64,000 nt of DNA from assembly GCF_009914755.1 (NCBI RefSeq), contig NC_060926.1. One strand, given 5' to 3'. Below, in pieces: positions 1-14,185 of this stretch. How positions within the stretch are numbered: position 1 is the first letter of the stretch; each line of letters starts with the position of its first letter. A program made the translations under genes and the position numbers. The notes under the pieces are model-generated. The model saw only the letters and a list, made by a program, of their open reading frames with translations. It was not told where the DNA came from and searched no databases. The DNA comes from the human T2T-CHM13v2.0 reference genome, Homo sapiens.

Positions 1-1244
1 CGGGACTTCTGGAGCTCAGCAAGTGTCCAGAGGGAGAAAGCTGCCAGGCTCCTCATGCTGCAGACACTTCCATGGGCCCTAATAATTCCCCTGGAGACCT
101 GCCCTTGACTTCAAGGAAAGACACCACCTCTACTGTGGGACTCCCCCACCGCCAGACTCCATGTACCCAAGAACGCCAGCCACCCGACTTCCTGGGGATG
201 GCAGTGGCAGGATGGTGGCTGCTGTTTATAGGGCCTATGGAAGGTGTCCAATATTAATTTCTAACACTCTCTTTAGAATATGAGAACACTTAACACATTT
301 TGTTTTCAATTATGGGTCTTAGTTGCACGAGAAAAGCTTCATGCATCATCTTACTACAAATGAAACCAGAACATACCCGTAGATGGACTTGTTAACAATG
401 CTGGTAAAAGTGTGGTTAGGAGAGGTTGCTGCACCTTCTCAGAGAAATGAGCTTTGGCTTTGGGTTTTATTGCAACTCTCACCTTTACTGCAACTGTAAC
501 TGAGTCTCGTTACAAATCCTGCACATTTACTCTTCCCAAGGGCCTTGTGTGTGACGGATACTCAAATATTTTTTGATGTTTGTAAAGCAACCCCATGTTC
601 TTTGACACATGGATTTTAAGCATGTGATTAGAGGTCATAGCTGCAAAACCAGCTGGCGCCAGAGGTCCTTCCTCCTCCATCTGAAGCAGCAATTCCTCAG
701 AGAGTCCATGGAGTTTGGGAGAAATGGACAAGAAAGAGTTGAAGGAAAGGGGATCCCCACAACGTCAGCTACACCAGCCAAATAAACAGAGGCCATGGGA
801 GGGGTGACAGATGTTGCTGTCAAAACACATCATCATGAGCATTGTGACACTAAGCTGACAGTGTGTCTAGTAATAAGATTGACATATGAGGTTCAAGTCA
901 TACAATCTGGGAGGTTTAGTTGTAAAATGATCAAAATACATGCAATTTCTGCCAGGACCTCATCTCACCATATATTGTTGGAAGGCATCTGATTCCAACT
1001 ATCCTGGCCACTCCTAATGGGTTTTTCTTCAAGCAAATTTTATGGCCTTCAGGCTCCAAGAAGCATGATATCCACTTTGTAAGTCCTTCCTAATTGGCTA
1101 TCCACATTCCTACGCACTGCACCCTATCTCCCAGGGGCATGTGGTGGCTGTGGAAGGCCTGCTTTTTCATGATATCTGTTCAGCTGAGCATTCTCTTTGA
1201 GGACTAGGATCCAATTTCAGTCTGGACTGTTCATGGCATTATAA

Positions 1245-1400
1245 CAACCATAATACCTAACAATCATGATGTGCTTACTGCATGCCACGCTCTGTTTTAA
1301 GAACATTACATGTGTTACTTCACTTAACCCTCCAACAATCATATGACGCGTGCAGATTAGGAAATTGAGGCACGAAGCTGGATAGACTACAGTGACCAGT
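1245..1400 (-). mobile_element. MIR SINE remnant
   Basis: ataatacctaacaatcatgatgtgcttactgcatgcca...cagattaggaaattgaggcac resembles the reverse-complement MIR core; boundaries approximate. Confidence 0.6.
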
Positions 1401-2982
1401 GACAGGGTGAATCATTGAGACAGTGAAAAAAACAGAGATGAGGACTCGGTGCACCTGCTTTCTACTCCAAATTTCTATGGGTGATCTGTTATGTTTTCCC
1501 TCTCTGCTGACTAGTAGATGATAAATAACTCTGTATTTGCAAGAAGAATCTCTCAGGTGTCCATGCACAGTTCACTTTCACTCTGTGAGTCTAACTGCAA
1601 GACTTCTTTAGGGAACATCACCCAACAGCATAGACCTCATAGTGATGCAAAACAAATAAGTCACATTTGTGATAACCAAAAATTGCTTTGTGTAGTAAAG
1701 CGTGACTTTAATAAGCTTTAAATGGTACAATTGCATAATTTACAATGGATATACTCTAATAGCACCATTTCTATAGCTCACACCCTGGCAAAAATTTTAA
1801 AGCCTAATTTCCATTGGAAAAATAACTTTCTCTTTTGCAAGTGGTCTCTAAATGAGAAAAGGCATTTGTATCAATTACTCGACACAGGAGACACAGTGTT
1901 GATCTACAAAATGAATTTTAGAAGGGAAAGGGATGGGAAGAGAGAGAGAAAATAATTTTAAGTAAATTGCATGCTGGACCTGCCAAAAGAGTATCTGGGT
2001 CCCAGCAAGAAGAGAACCTAGTTACTCCAAGGCATCTCACACCTCACGCTCTCTTTCCACTGCCTCTTGTTCAACTTCACCTAACACCTAGTCCCACTGT
2101 ACTCATGTACATTATTTACCTATTGAGGCAAAGCCTACAATAGTGGAAATGGACACAGAAGTGTTGCTTAGGAAAAGGAACGTCATTTGAACAGCTGAAG
2201 ACTGCATGTTATTTATCAGGATATTCAACCAAGCCAAAGGAAAAAGCAGCCACCGTGCACAGGGAGTTACAGCCCTGCTTGGCCCAGCTGTGACACAAAT
2301 GGAGTGACAAAGTGAGCTGGGAGAAGAGAGCAAAAACATCCTCCCAGGTTCTCCTGGACAGAAAGCGGGACCTCTCCATCCCCTCTACAAGCAGAATTCA
2401 TGTGCTTTTCAAGCTCATTTCAAAACAATGGAATCCTTGAAATCAAATCCCAAACAGCCTGGAAAAAGAAGATACTGACAGTTATGAAAACCAGAAATGG
2501 TTATTTCTAGGTAGGTTCTGATTTTTTTAGTTACTTGTTTTCATCTGTTCTGCACTATACCATGCATATTACACATCTTACTGGAAAAAAATGCATTGAT
2601 TCTGAGGCCACACATCAATAAATCAATTCCTGCTAGACAAGACATAGACAAATGAGTGTTGCAGAATGGGAGGAGCAGATACCAAAAAGGGCTCGTGACC
2701 TAGCCCCACTCCCTCTTCCACAAATTCTGTTACTTTCACCCTCTCACGAAAGCCCTTTGAGCCTTGTTTTCATATTTCAAAACAGCATTATTATTTTATC
2801 TGTCTGTGTCAGGCCTGATTTTTCTGCCTGAAATTGTACCAACTGAGTTCATGGTGCAAAAGGATTCTGCATTTTGTAAACCTGTCTTTAAAAGCCTCCC
2901 TTGCAGACAAGGTACCTGTCAGAGCCTCCTGTGGTTAGCTGGGGCCTTTTGATTGTTTGAGCAAACAGAATGGGTAGAAATG

Positions 2983-3271
2983 GGCCAGGCGCAGTGGCTC
3001 ACACCTGCAATCCCAGCACTCTGGGAGGTCGAGGCGGGTGGATCACCTGAGGTCAGGCATTTAAGACCAGCCTGACCAACGTGGTGAAACCCTGTCTCTA
3101 CTAAATATACAAAAATTAGCCAGGTGTGGTGGCACATGCTTGTAATCCCAGTTACTTAGGAGGCTGAAGAAGGAGAATGAATCACTTGAACCTGGGAGGC
3201 AGAGGTTGCAGTGAGCCAAGATTGTGCCATTGCACTCCAGCCTGGGAGTGAGACTCCATCTAAAAAAAAAA
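2983..3271 (+). mobile_element. Alu (AluS-like), full length
   Basis: ggccaggcgcagtggctcacacctgcaatcccagc start, A-rich linker, poly(A) 3262-3271; target-site duplication aatgggtagaaatg on both sides. Confidence 0.97.
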
Positions 3272-3391
3272 TGGGTAGAAATGCATTCTGCATGTGAGAA
3301 AGACATGAATTTTTAGGGGCCAGAGGATGGATTGAATTATGGCCCCACCCCCATAAATCTTTGCCGTTCGTGGAAATGGGGGCTGAAGGAC

Positions 3392-3719
3392 TCTGTTTGT
3401 TTGGGCTGCTGAAACAGAATCCCAGAGACTGAGCAATTAATGAAAAACAGAAATGCATTCCTTACTTCTGGGGCCTGGGAAGTCGAAGATCAAGGTGCCA
3501 GCATATGGTAAGGGCCTTCTTCCTGTGTCCTCACATGGCAGAAGGCAGAGGGTGAGAGAAAACAAACTCCCCGCATCAAGCCCCCTTGTAAAGGGACCTG
3601 ATCCCACCATCTACAAGAGAGCAACCTCATGGCCTAGTCACCTCTCAAAGGTCCCACCTCCTAATACCATCACATTAGCAGCACCTGAATTTTGGAGGAG
3701 GCACACTCAAACCATAACA
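3392..3719 (-). mobile_element. MaLR solo LTR (MST/MLT1A-like)
   Basis: gggaagtcgaagatcaaggtgccagca, cctcacatggcagaagg, cccacctcctaataccatcacatt, ends cactcaaaccataaca. Confidence 0.85.
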
Positions 3720-4184
3720 AGGATCAACACAGTGAAGGCACCAGAGATGAAGATGGGATAGGGGAGAAAGCACCAAAAGAAAGTGGAGCTCACAGACTGA
3801 AGCCAGCACTTACGAAGAAGTCTGAGTTTTGAGGCAACCCAGGGAAAAGCGGAGTAGATGATTATCCACAGTGGGAATAAGGAAGAGGTGGTGAAAATGG
3901 GCACTAGGCTAGAAATGCCTTCCTGCCATCAACAGCCTAAATTGGGGCTGGAACACGACCTCAAAGTCCTGCTGTTCACAGACAAACCCTCCCAGGCAGT
4001 AATAGCCCATTGGCAAAGCATCTTCCTTTCCCTATCAGAAAGCAGCCCCCACAGGGAATGGGGATAGGGGAAATGATGGGAGAGCCAGAAGTCTTCATCA
4101 CACCCTAAAATGCCAGGGCACGAAACCTTTCACCAAATTCTCAAAAAGATCCGTCATTCTATACTACTCAGCCATAATATGGAA

Positions 4185-4490
4185 CAAAATAATGGCCTTG
4201 GCAGCAACTTGGATGGAGCTGGAAGCCATTATTCTAAGTGAAGCAACTCAGGAATGGAAAACCAAATATCGTATGTTCTCACTTATAAGTGGGAGCTAAG
4301 CTATGAGGATGCAAAGGCATAAGAATGATATAATGGATTTTGGGGACTCAGGGGAAGGGTGGGAGAGGGATGAGGGATAAAAAACTACTTATCGGGTATA
4401 GTGTACACTGCTCAGAAATTACCACTATAAAACTTATCCCTGTAACCAAAAACCACCTGAACCCAAAAAACTACTGAATTTTAAAAAATA
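4185..4490 (+). mobile_element. L1 3' end fragment (L1PB-like)
   Basis: gcagcaacttggatggagctggaagccattattctaagtgaa...atgttctcacttataagtgggagctaagctatgaggatgcaaaggcataagaatgat matches the L1 ORF2 end / 3'UTR. Confidence 0.85.
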
Positions 4491-5485
4491 ATAACTACAT
4501 GTGAAAAAAAAATCTATCCTAATAATTCTCAAATAAGATTCCCTGCACCCAGCATATCATTGATTCTCACAGAATTCCCCTAACCAGCTGGATTCATCCA
4601 AATATATCGATGGTTATGCAAACACCTACCTAGCAACAGTCCTGGGTTGAATTGTCCGGAGCCTAGAAGGAGATGGAATCTCCAAGATTCATACCTGAGA
4701 ATGGACACCATTCCTGGACAGGCTGGGGAAGGCCTAAGCTGTAAGGAGTTGCATAAGCATGGGTAGGCACAGTGGTGATGTGGTCAGGAACTCATTGTAG
4801 GGACAGAGAGACAGTCCAGTCTGCTGGTCACAGCACATGGTAGATGGTCAGTGAGGGCACCATCTCTATGTGTGACAGACCCCAGGAAGGGAGCTCTGCA
4901 GAGCATCTGTCAGCAGGTTGCAGGATTTCTGTGACCACACCTGGAGTGGGAGGCACACATCAACACCAGGGAAGATCAACAGAGGAGATGGTGCTGGGAG
5001 ACCTGGGATGCTGGTAGATTACAAAGGCAAGGACTTAAGGACAGAAATCGGCAATAAAAAAAAAAAAATCAAGGACTAGGATTGGGACTTAGCAACAAGG
5101 CAGAATTCCAGAAAGGCAAACTGAGCAGCCCTACTGTAAACTCAGCTCCAGAACGTGGAGACCCAGAAAACCTAGCTCATGGGCCTCTGCCCACAGTCAG
5201 GCAGGCCCTGGGGACAGGGAACAGACAGTTGGGCCAGCAGGAAGAAAAAGGTGGTTCCTGGTTCTGAGAAGTAAGAGATTTCAGGGTCTTGGAAATAAGC
5301 CCAGGCCTGAGAGACAAAACCAACAGCTTTAGGTTATTTTTTTATATATACTAAAATAACAGTAATGTTGTTTAGAAAATAATCAGATAATAAACAAAAA
5401 CACAAAAAAGAAAGCTAACCCATATTGATTCTCCTAAGTGATATCCATCATTAACACCCTGATATATAAACTTTCAGATTTTTCC

Positions 5486-5490
<5 letters not shown>

Positions 5491-5539
<49 letters not shown>

Positions 5540-5540
5540 T
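5491..5540. repeat. (CA)n microsatellite
   Basis: direct reading. Confidence 0.95.
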
Positions 5541-5599
5541 ATACATTTGTGGGTTTTACATATATCAATATGCAAATTTTATCCAAAAAATGTATTTAT

Positions 5600-5960
5600 A
5601 TGAACTGGCTGTTTCATGACCAGCTTTTTAAACTTAGCAATATATAATGCATATTTTCCCATTTCCATAAATATAGTTCAATATTCATTATTTTGCATAA
5701 CTGATATAGTATTTATTTTATACATGTAGCATAATGTGCTTTACAAATCCCCCAATGCTAAACATTTCTTTCCACCTTTTTGAATTCATAAATGGTGCTG
5801 CAGGAAACACCCTGTATGTTATTTTCTCAGTCTAAGTTTGCGAAAGTGAAATCATCAGATCTAAGCCCATTTTTAGTTGTTACGTATTGCCAAACTGACT
5901 CCATGTAGCAGCTTGCACGCTCATGAATATTTATGTGAGAGGTCCAGGATCCTGTCACCA
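5600..5960 (-). mobile_element. old L1 (L1M-type) remnant
   Basis: degenerate antisense L1 3' motifs (taactgatatagtatt...tacatgtagcataat...gtgctgcaggaaacaccctgta...gtattgccaaactg). Confidence 0.5.
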
Positions 5961-6769
5961 CCATCTTTAATACCTCAAGGGCATTTATCACTTGGAATGT
6001 CACTTGTTTAGGTCATTCAGAAGGGGTCTCAAGTCACTCGTAGCTCCCTTCCCCCCCAGGTAAGATCTCAATATGACACTTGCAACTCACCAGAGCACAG
6101 ACCCCAAGAACCGTGTAAATCATACCTTCTTGGGAAAATGTATGTGTCTTTATTCATTTTTACTTCCATATTAAAATCTTTTCTTGGAAATTTTTAGTAT
6201 TCTATTTGAATATGGCTTCTGTTTCTCACAATTCAGATCAATGGGCCACCAAACAAATCTAATAACATAACAAAAAATTGTCTTACAAGAAACATTTAAT
6301 ATCACCCTCATTATTTGATTCCATTTATGCAGTATTAATAGTCCTAGCCTTGTGCAAGCAGAGGCACTGAGTCATGGTATGAGAAGCCACGTGCTACACT
6401 GCATTTGGACTGGAGCTGCTGTGCACGTTGCATGTGGACTGAGCCGTCCAACACATAAGCGCAATTATGGGGGAGGGTGCACATAGCTTCTTCTTACAGC
6501 AATACCTAACTGGAATTTTAGAGAAGAGAAGATACTTGGGGGAGAAAGACAGACTACAGTCTATTTAGACTTTCAAAAAAGATATTTCACAAAGTCTCAG
6601 AGACTGTGTGTTAGTAATAGAAATGTTTTTGTCGCAAATGTGACATTGGGTAAGAACTGGGAAAGACAGGCATAGACGAATACAGACTGAACGAGGAAAC
6701 ACAACAGGAAGTCCTTGAGATCTCTTAGTCCATGGAGGGCTCTGGTCTGCAGGAAGCTTTCCCAAAGCT

Positions 6770-7080
6770 GAAGAGAAGAGAAAGGGGAGGGGAGAGGAGG
6801 GGAGGGGAGGGAAAAAAGGAAAGAAAAAGGGTAAAAGGAAAGGAAAGAGGAAAGGGAAGGGAGGGAAGAGGAAGGGAGGGAAGAGGAGGGAAGAGGAGGG
6901 AAGAGGGAAGGGGAGAGGAGGGGAGGGAAGAGGAGAGGAGGGGAGGGAAGGGGAGAGGAGGGGAGGGAAGGGGAGAGGAGGGGAGGGAAGGGGACAGGAA
7001 GGGAGGGAAGGGGAGAGGAGGGGAGGGAAGGGGAGAGGAGGGAAGGAAAAAAGAAAGAAAAAAGGAAAGAAAGGAGGGAG
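6770..7080. repeat. polypurine (GA-rich) tract with a 20-bp minisatellite core
   Basis: 311 bp with only two pyrimidines (6832, 6995); about 7 copies of gggagggaaggggagaggag at 6901-7040. Confidence 0.95.
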
Positions 7081-7456
7081 CAAGCAAGATGCATCTAAGA
7101 TAATACATTCAGGAGAAATAATCTAAGCCAGGATTTCATAGGGGCCAGCGACATAATAATAGATAGATATTCTGGGGAAAGACAGTTCTTTGGATCAATA
7201 ATTGAAAGAAACACCTCATTTTCAATATCTCCCTCTCTTTCTAGAATATTCCCAATGCACATTATCATTTTTAAAGCCTATAAGAAGTCCTTTGATTAGG
7301 AAAATCATCTTTAATTGTGTTTATCCCACAATTATTTAAAAACCCATTTATAAATGAGTACCTAGTATGGTCTTACAGAATACCAATGTTTCATGAACCA
7401 TAAGTTAATCTGAATTGCACATATGCAACCATGGCTGCCAGAATTCTTGTTTATAA

Positions 7457-7580
7457 CCAGTGGTATGATAGTAAACTGGCTCACCATTAAAAAAGAAAGA
7501 AAAAAAAAAAACAACCTGATTTGAAGTGTTTGCCATTTCCCATGGTGTAAATACTCCTACTGTGGCTGATTTGAAGGAGG
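7457..7580. mobile_element. MER63-like hAT-Blackjack DNA transposon fragment
   Basis: ccagtggtatgatagtaaac...cctgatttgaagtgtttgccatttcccatggtgtaaatactcctactgtggctgattt resembles a MER63 terminus. Confidence 0.65.
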
Positions 7581-8772
7581 GCTGTTTAACAACCAAGGAA
7601 GGTTTTAAGGAATGGTGTAGACTATTTCTCAAAAGCCCAGAGTGCTCTGCTGTCCTGTACAGCAAGCCAAACTATTAAACAAAACCATAAATGTAAGCAA
7701 AAAGCATTTCTCAGCCTTTACAGAGTTGATGATCCATAGTTCGTATGAAAAAAGATGAGATTAAATCTCTGTGAAATGGTAAATGGATTCATTTCCCCAT
7801 GATATACCTCATTCTTTTCTGGTGAATATGTCTACATAAAGAGATTAGAGAACTAGAAGAAAGGCAACAAAAATAATAAAGATTACAGGAGCTTCTGTGT
7901 GAAAGTAGAGTCTGGAACAGTGAAAACTGAGACTGAACTGATTGAGGCCTGCAAAGACACTAAATGGTACATGAAAAGGGAGAACATTTTTTAAAATACC
8001 ATTTGTTGATCAATTCTGTGGGTTCAGTGGTGATTATACAAACAGAGCCTTCAGGGAAGGCATCTTCTGGCTGTGGGATGTTTTTAGGCATAAGTAGGAG
8101 TTTTTCAGATACACAGAGGAGAGGAGAGCATTTGAGGCACAGAGAACCCACAAATACCCCAAAAGTCTGAAAGAATCTGGTACTCATTTATTTCAAAATA
8201 AATTTAAAAATACACCCCCACATTAAATTAATGATATAACATATTGAACTGATAGCCTTGAGTCAGCCACCTTGGGCTGAGCAAAAACCAAAGTTGTGCC
8301 ACCAAACCCCTCTGACGGTAGAGACCACGAAAGGTGGTCATCACATAGAGACGCTATAGTTCTGCCCCAAATTTAAATCACCCTCACTGTCCAGCCCTGA
8401 GGAGGGAACACAGCATCTCTGGGCAGGGAAGATCTGTTCATTGCCCAGCCCTCCTCGTCCTTCACCATCAGTGTCAGGTAGGCTGATGATGAGCAGATGG
8501 AAGCCAAACTTCCCATTGACACGGTGTGCATTTGAAAGCAAGCATGCCTTGGCTGTTCCCCAAAAGACCTACTGGGAAGGATTGTTTTTGTCATGCTGTT
8601 GTCATGTTGTCAAATTGCTAGGCCTGAGAAACTTCTACTCTTCATAACGAGGACTTTAAAAATCAACTTTCCTGATACTGGATATGCTTTCTTTCAGCCC
8701 TTACTTGCCAGTTTCAAACTCTGGAGTCCTGAACTCAGAGAAACAGAACTGCTAAAAACACATGACATGGCC

Positions 8773-9128
8773 CTCTCAGTCAGTTCCAGGCTGCTATGAC
8801 AAAATACCTTGGACTAGGTAATTTAGAAGTCATAGACATTTATTGCTGACAGTTCTGGAGGCTGGGAAGTCCAAGATCAAGGTGACAACAGGTGTGGTCC
8901 TGGTGAGGGCTGCTCTCTGCCTCACTGAGGCACCTCTTGCTACGTCCTCACATGGGCAGAAGGGCAGGAGGGCAAGAAGGGACATGTCTCTAAGGACATT
9001 AACCCTTCAGGAGGGTGGAGCCCTCCTATTCAATCACTGCCCCAAAGGTCCCACCTCTTAATACCATTGCATTGGAGATTATGTTTCAACATGAATTTTA
9101 AAGGGACATAAACACTCAAACCATAGTA
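8773..9128 (-). mobile_element. MaLR solo LTR (MLT1A/MSTD-like)
   Basis: ggctgctatgacaaaatacc...acagttctggaggctgggaagtccaagatcaaggtg...tttcaacatgaattt...actcaaaccatagta. Confidence 0.88.
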
Positions 9129-10249
9129 ATATTTTTCCCTAACGCATGATGTAATTTGGGAGCAATCAAACAGTGTAGCATTCCTATGGAAGGTACAAAA
9201 AGAAATCTGGACTTCCCCTACTTTTAATCAGGAATGGGAGGTCTAAGTTATCAGGAGCTGCCCAATGAGATTGACACAGTTTCACGGGTCACATGGCACT
9301 CAGCTGCACGGAGCCTCCAGGGACCCAGACACTAAGTACACAAGATGTTCATGCACCACAATTAGGATTAAATGAGCATATGGCAGAAGAAATCTGCTTG
9401 CAGGAGAAAAAAATGAAAACTAATATTGCAGGGAAAATGGCACAAATTAGGCAGAGAGTCATTCGTGGGTCTGTGAACAGAAGAGTACCAACCTGCGGAA
9501 CCACTGCTAGGGAGCAGGGCATGGTGGGAAAGTTCCTGGAATAAGGCTGCATGCAGAAGTGCAGATCACGCTTGGTTCCTGCCTGCAAATTAAAAATCCA
9601 GCTGTCCTGCTCCCTGGTGATGTGTGTGTCTCTGGCAATGATTTAGCAAGCAACGTGGCTTGCTTTGAAGAAGCCATCCTTTAACTATGATTGAAAGATA
9701 ACTTCCTAGAGAAGGAATGAGCAGCCAGTTTAATTTCTTACCTTAACTTATATTCAGTTGCTCTGGCTTCAGAGAGGACTTCCCTGAATACTCCTCACAA
9801 GTTGACACATGAGTCAAGGAGCCAGACAGGACATGGGTACTCCCTAATCAGAAGGCGGAATAGTTGTGCAAATAAGCCCTCACGTCTTAAAGTCAGGCTT
9901 AAAGGCTTTATAAAAGGCATCCTTTCTTAAATCATTTTGCAGCAATCAAATTGGTCAGAAATGTGTTCCTAGCCCCCATTACTGGGAAACTTTGGCCCCT
10001 GGTTGGGCTGTCAGGGGAGATCTAGGCTTGGACATTTGTACATAGTCATCCCGGCTCTTGTTAAGGGGACCTAGGTATTAAATCTGACACTCCTCTGGTC
10101 CAGTTTTCTTACACAAAGAAAATCAATTTTGTGGTGCCATTGCCAGTTCAAGTTCTTTACAATCATCAAGTTCTTGACAAAGTCATATCATTAACCATGA
10201 GGAAGGTGGAACTCAGTGCAAACTCGATATTATTGCCTGAAACACACTT

Positions 10250-10787
10250 CTAGAAACTACTTTCCAAAGGTGTCCCCCCGCCAGTTAACCACACCTCCCA
10301 ATACTTATGTCCTTCTGTAGCCCTTCCCACATTCTGGCTGGCTGGTATAGCCAATAAAATATGATGGAAGCAATGCTGCTTGACTTCTGAGGCAGGGTGC
10401 AAGTTTCTGCATTTGTCTCCTGAAAGACTTATTTAGGAGAAAGCCAGCCACTATGCAAGAAGCCTAAATATCCTGATCCTGCCATGCTATGAGGAAGCCC
10501 AAGGTACCATGTGGAGGAGCAGTATGGAGAGAGGCCCAGGCAACCGCAGTTGTTCCAGCCATCTTAGTTGGGTGCCAATCATATGAGAGAAAAAGTCATC
10601 TGGGACCCCAGTCCAGACAAACTTTCAGATGAATTCTAATTATAGTCACCATCTGACTGTAAGGACATGAGACTCCATGTCAGAACTGCCCAGCTGAGCT
10701 CAGCTGAGCCACAGAGCTGTAAGACGCACAATACATTGTTGTTTTATATGACTAAGTCGTATAGCATACAGCAATAGATAGAAGGAC
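10250..10787 (+). mobile_element. MaLR solo LTR (MLT1F/G/H-like)
   Basis: tgacttctgaggc, gccatgctatgaggaagcccaag, cagaactgcccagctgagc, ends ttgttgttttatatgactaag...acagcaatagata. Confidence 0.75.
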
Positions 10788-11293
10788 CAATGTTCCCCTC
10801 ATATTTCACATCCAAGGTTTGAACACTGTCTTGGAGTCAAGAGGCAAAGGCATTTGCTCACTGAACAGAGACTGTTCATTCAGAATGAAGCAGAGTATAG
10901 CAGGAGGTAGCAGTGTCATACCATGAAGGGTAGCGGATTGCAGGAACTGGTACCATCTGGGCCGCCATCATTGCCTGAGGGACTAGACAAAACTCTTCCA
11001 CAACTGCAGCTCTCCCACACCCTCCTAAGTTTGCACAAGGGTTCACTATTGCCCAGGGAGCTTTCCTCTGAATGTCTGCCTGAAAACTTCGTATTCACCA
11101 TGTAAGTTGTGACCTCAATGCTTATTCCTCCAAGAAGCCTTCCTGCCCTTTTCAGGTGGCCTTTCCCCTGACTCACATCTGACTTTCTACCAAGCATCTT
11201 ATAGCCCGATCGGTTGCCTGCCACCATCGTAAGGGTGCCTGGCTGCATCTTTAGCTCCTGTGCAGCAGGGCCCCTGAGGGCAGGGACAGTACC

Positions 11294-11705
11294 TGTATTA
11301 GCCTCCTAGACTGCAGTCAGAGAGAATCACAGACAGGAGCTTCAACCCCAGAAATTTATTTTTTCACAATTCTGGAGCCCAGAAGTGGAAATCAAGGTAT
11401 GAGTAGGGCTGGATCCTTGTGAGGCTGTGAGGGAAGAGCCCTTCCAGGCTCTCTCCTGGCCACGGAGATGGCTTTCTCCCTGTCTCTTCATACCATCATC
11501 TCCCGCTATGTGTGTCTCTGTCCAAATTGTCTTTTCTTAAAAGGACATTGGGCATATTGAATTAGGGCCCATCTTGGACCTCAATTTTAACTGAATTGCC
11601 TCTGTAAAGACCTTCTTTTAAAACACAGTCAAATTCTGAGATATTGGGCCTTGGGATTCAAACATATGGATTTACTTGGGGTGGAGAGCAGTTCAGACCA
11701 CAGCA
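11294..11705 (-). mobile_element. MaLR solo LTR (MLT1B/C-like)
   Basis: tgtattagc...cagaaatttattttttcacaattctggagcccagaagt...aaggacattgggcatattgaattagggccc...gttcagaccacagca. Confidence 0.82.
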
Positions 11706-11739
11706 GAGACTTGTTCTTCCCTGTGATCCCACCTCTTAG

Positions 11740-11866
11740 CCCTCAGCAGGAACCAACCCTGCTCACACCTCAATTTCTACCCTGGTCTCTAGAACTGTGA
11801 GAAAATCAATGTCTGCGGTTGAATCTGTCAGGCTGTGGTTCTGACAGCAGCCTGGGAGACTAATAC
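11740..11866 (+). mobile_element. MLT1 LTR 3' fragment
   Basis: ggaaccaaccctgctcacacct...ctctagaactgtgagaaaatcaatgtctg...gcagcctgggagactaatac. Confidence 0.7.
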
Positions 11867-12626
11867 TGGTACCATCCCTGCCCTCAAGGCCCCCACTGTA
11901 CAGGAACTAAGGATGCAGGCAGGACCCATAAGACAGCGGCGGGCACTCTTTAACTACAAGAAGCTCAGGAGAAAGTCAGAAGGAGGTCTTGGCAAATAGA
12001 TGCTCTAGGAGGGAAGAGGAGTAGGGAGGGAAGGCCACAAGGGAGAGACAGGAGATGGAGGGTGGGAGAGAGAAAAAAGGGAAGAGGGGTGCCGACTCAG
12101 TGTGGCTCAGCAGGAACGAAACCACCCAGTCAGAGTTTGCTGCAACTTTGAAAAGGCGGCTCCTAGAGTTCTCCATATGTAATCTGAAAGAATAAGAAAC
12201 AAACAAGATAATAACAGTATAGAGAAAGGAAAGTTGGCAAGACATGAAAAGTGGTTTGGAGAGGAGCATGAGTAGAAGAGCAGAGAGGAGGCAGGGAAGA
12301 GATGCTAAGAATGGGAACTGAAAGCTGCTGTCCCCAGCACACTGAGTGCAGGAATCACATAAAATGCCACGAGGGAAAGAGATGAAATCTAATCCTCCCA
12401 CCTTGACTACCAGACTAGAAAGCATTAGGATAATAAATGCACAAGAGAAAATAGAAAGAAAATAAGTGGACGGGGCTCTGACTCAAAATAACAGAATTTC
12501 CTGTGAGCACCAAAATGGAAACATATCTATACAAACCTTCACAATTATATACACAGGAATATATGTAATCAGAGCACAAACACATCGTGATATTCATAGC
12601 TTTGCCGCATTTAATTTAAAATATCA

Positions 12627-12931
<305 letters not shown>

Positions 12932-13186
12932 ATCAAGAAATATTCTTAAATCACTTTGCCTAATTATTAGTAAAGAATGTAAATATTTAGACATGTGATG
13001 AACAAGATGGGGAAAACCCAGCTTCACCTCTGACTTTAATTCTATGAGAGAAAAACATTTATTTTACATCTAACAATCATGACCTAAATAGATGTTTTAT
13101 AAACATAGCACCAAGTAAATATCTTGATCCCTACACCACCTTCTTCCTGAAATTATTTAGGTTGTTAAAAAAAAATGGTTAGGAAA

Positions 13187-13499
<313 letters not shown>

Positions 13500-13818
13500 T
13501 TAGGAAAATATTCTACATGAGACATACAATCTCCTACCACTTTGCAAAGGGCACGAGCACACCCACCGACATGCAACATGCACGCAGCTGTTTGCAAGTT
13601 GGTCTGCAACAGGAGCCATGGCTTCTTTATAAACAATACATTGTTTAACGAAACCCCCTAGTCCACTTAGAAAAGATCGTTTTAAACCCAGCAGTAGCCA
13701 ATATAGAGAGCGTTTGGAAGTTTTCAACACTAACTTGCAAATAGACTCACTATTTTCTGAAAACAACACTCCTCCGGTTATCCCGGCGCTGGAGAATCAG
13801 GCACAGGATGGGACAGAG

Positions 13819-14185
13819 CACGTGGATAAAATGTTCTCCCGATTAAATGTAGGCCAGAAGTCAGGGGAGGTGGGGAGTGGGGAGGAGATAGCGATGTGCT
13901 TAGAAATTCCCGGCTTCTCATTATTAAAGTGCTCTCGGCTCACCTGCTACGTCCAAATCAAACTGGCGGGATTGGCGTCAGCACCTGCAAATCGGTATTG
14001 TCTGAGCGGTGGGCAGCTGGAACCCCCTGAGAGTCTTCTCTTGTCAGGGATGAATCAATCATCTCGAAAGATGTCAGCATCTGCCCAAACCATTTTATAT
14101 TAGAATAAATGGCAGATGGTGGTGTTTTTATATTTAATCAGTTCCACCAAATGCAGTTTCATCTCTTATAAAACGAAACCATCTG
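13819..14185. promoter_or_regulatory. candidate bHLH (E-box) enhancer
   Basis: 8 CANNTG sites in 367 bp of apparently non-repeat, locally CpG-enriched DNA; motif evidence only. Confidence 0.4.

Noticed and set aside
6565-7108. Long Pro/Ser/Phe-rich and Gly/Arg/Glu-rich ORFs
   Set aside because: Translations of the polypurine simple repeat, which lacks stop codons
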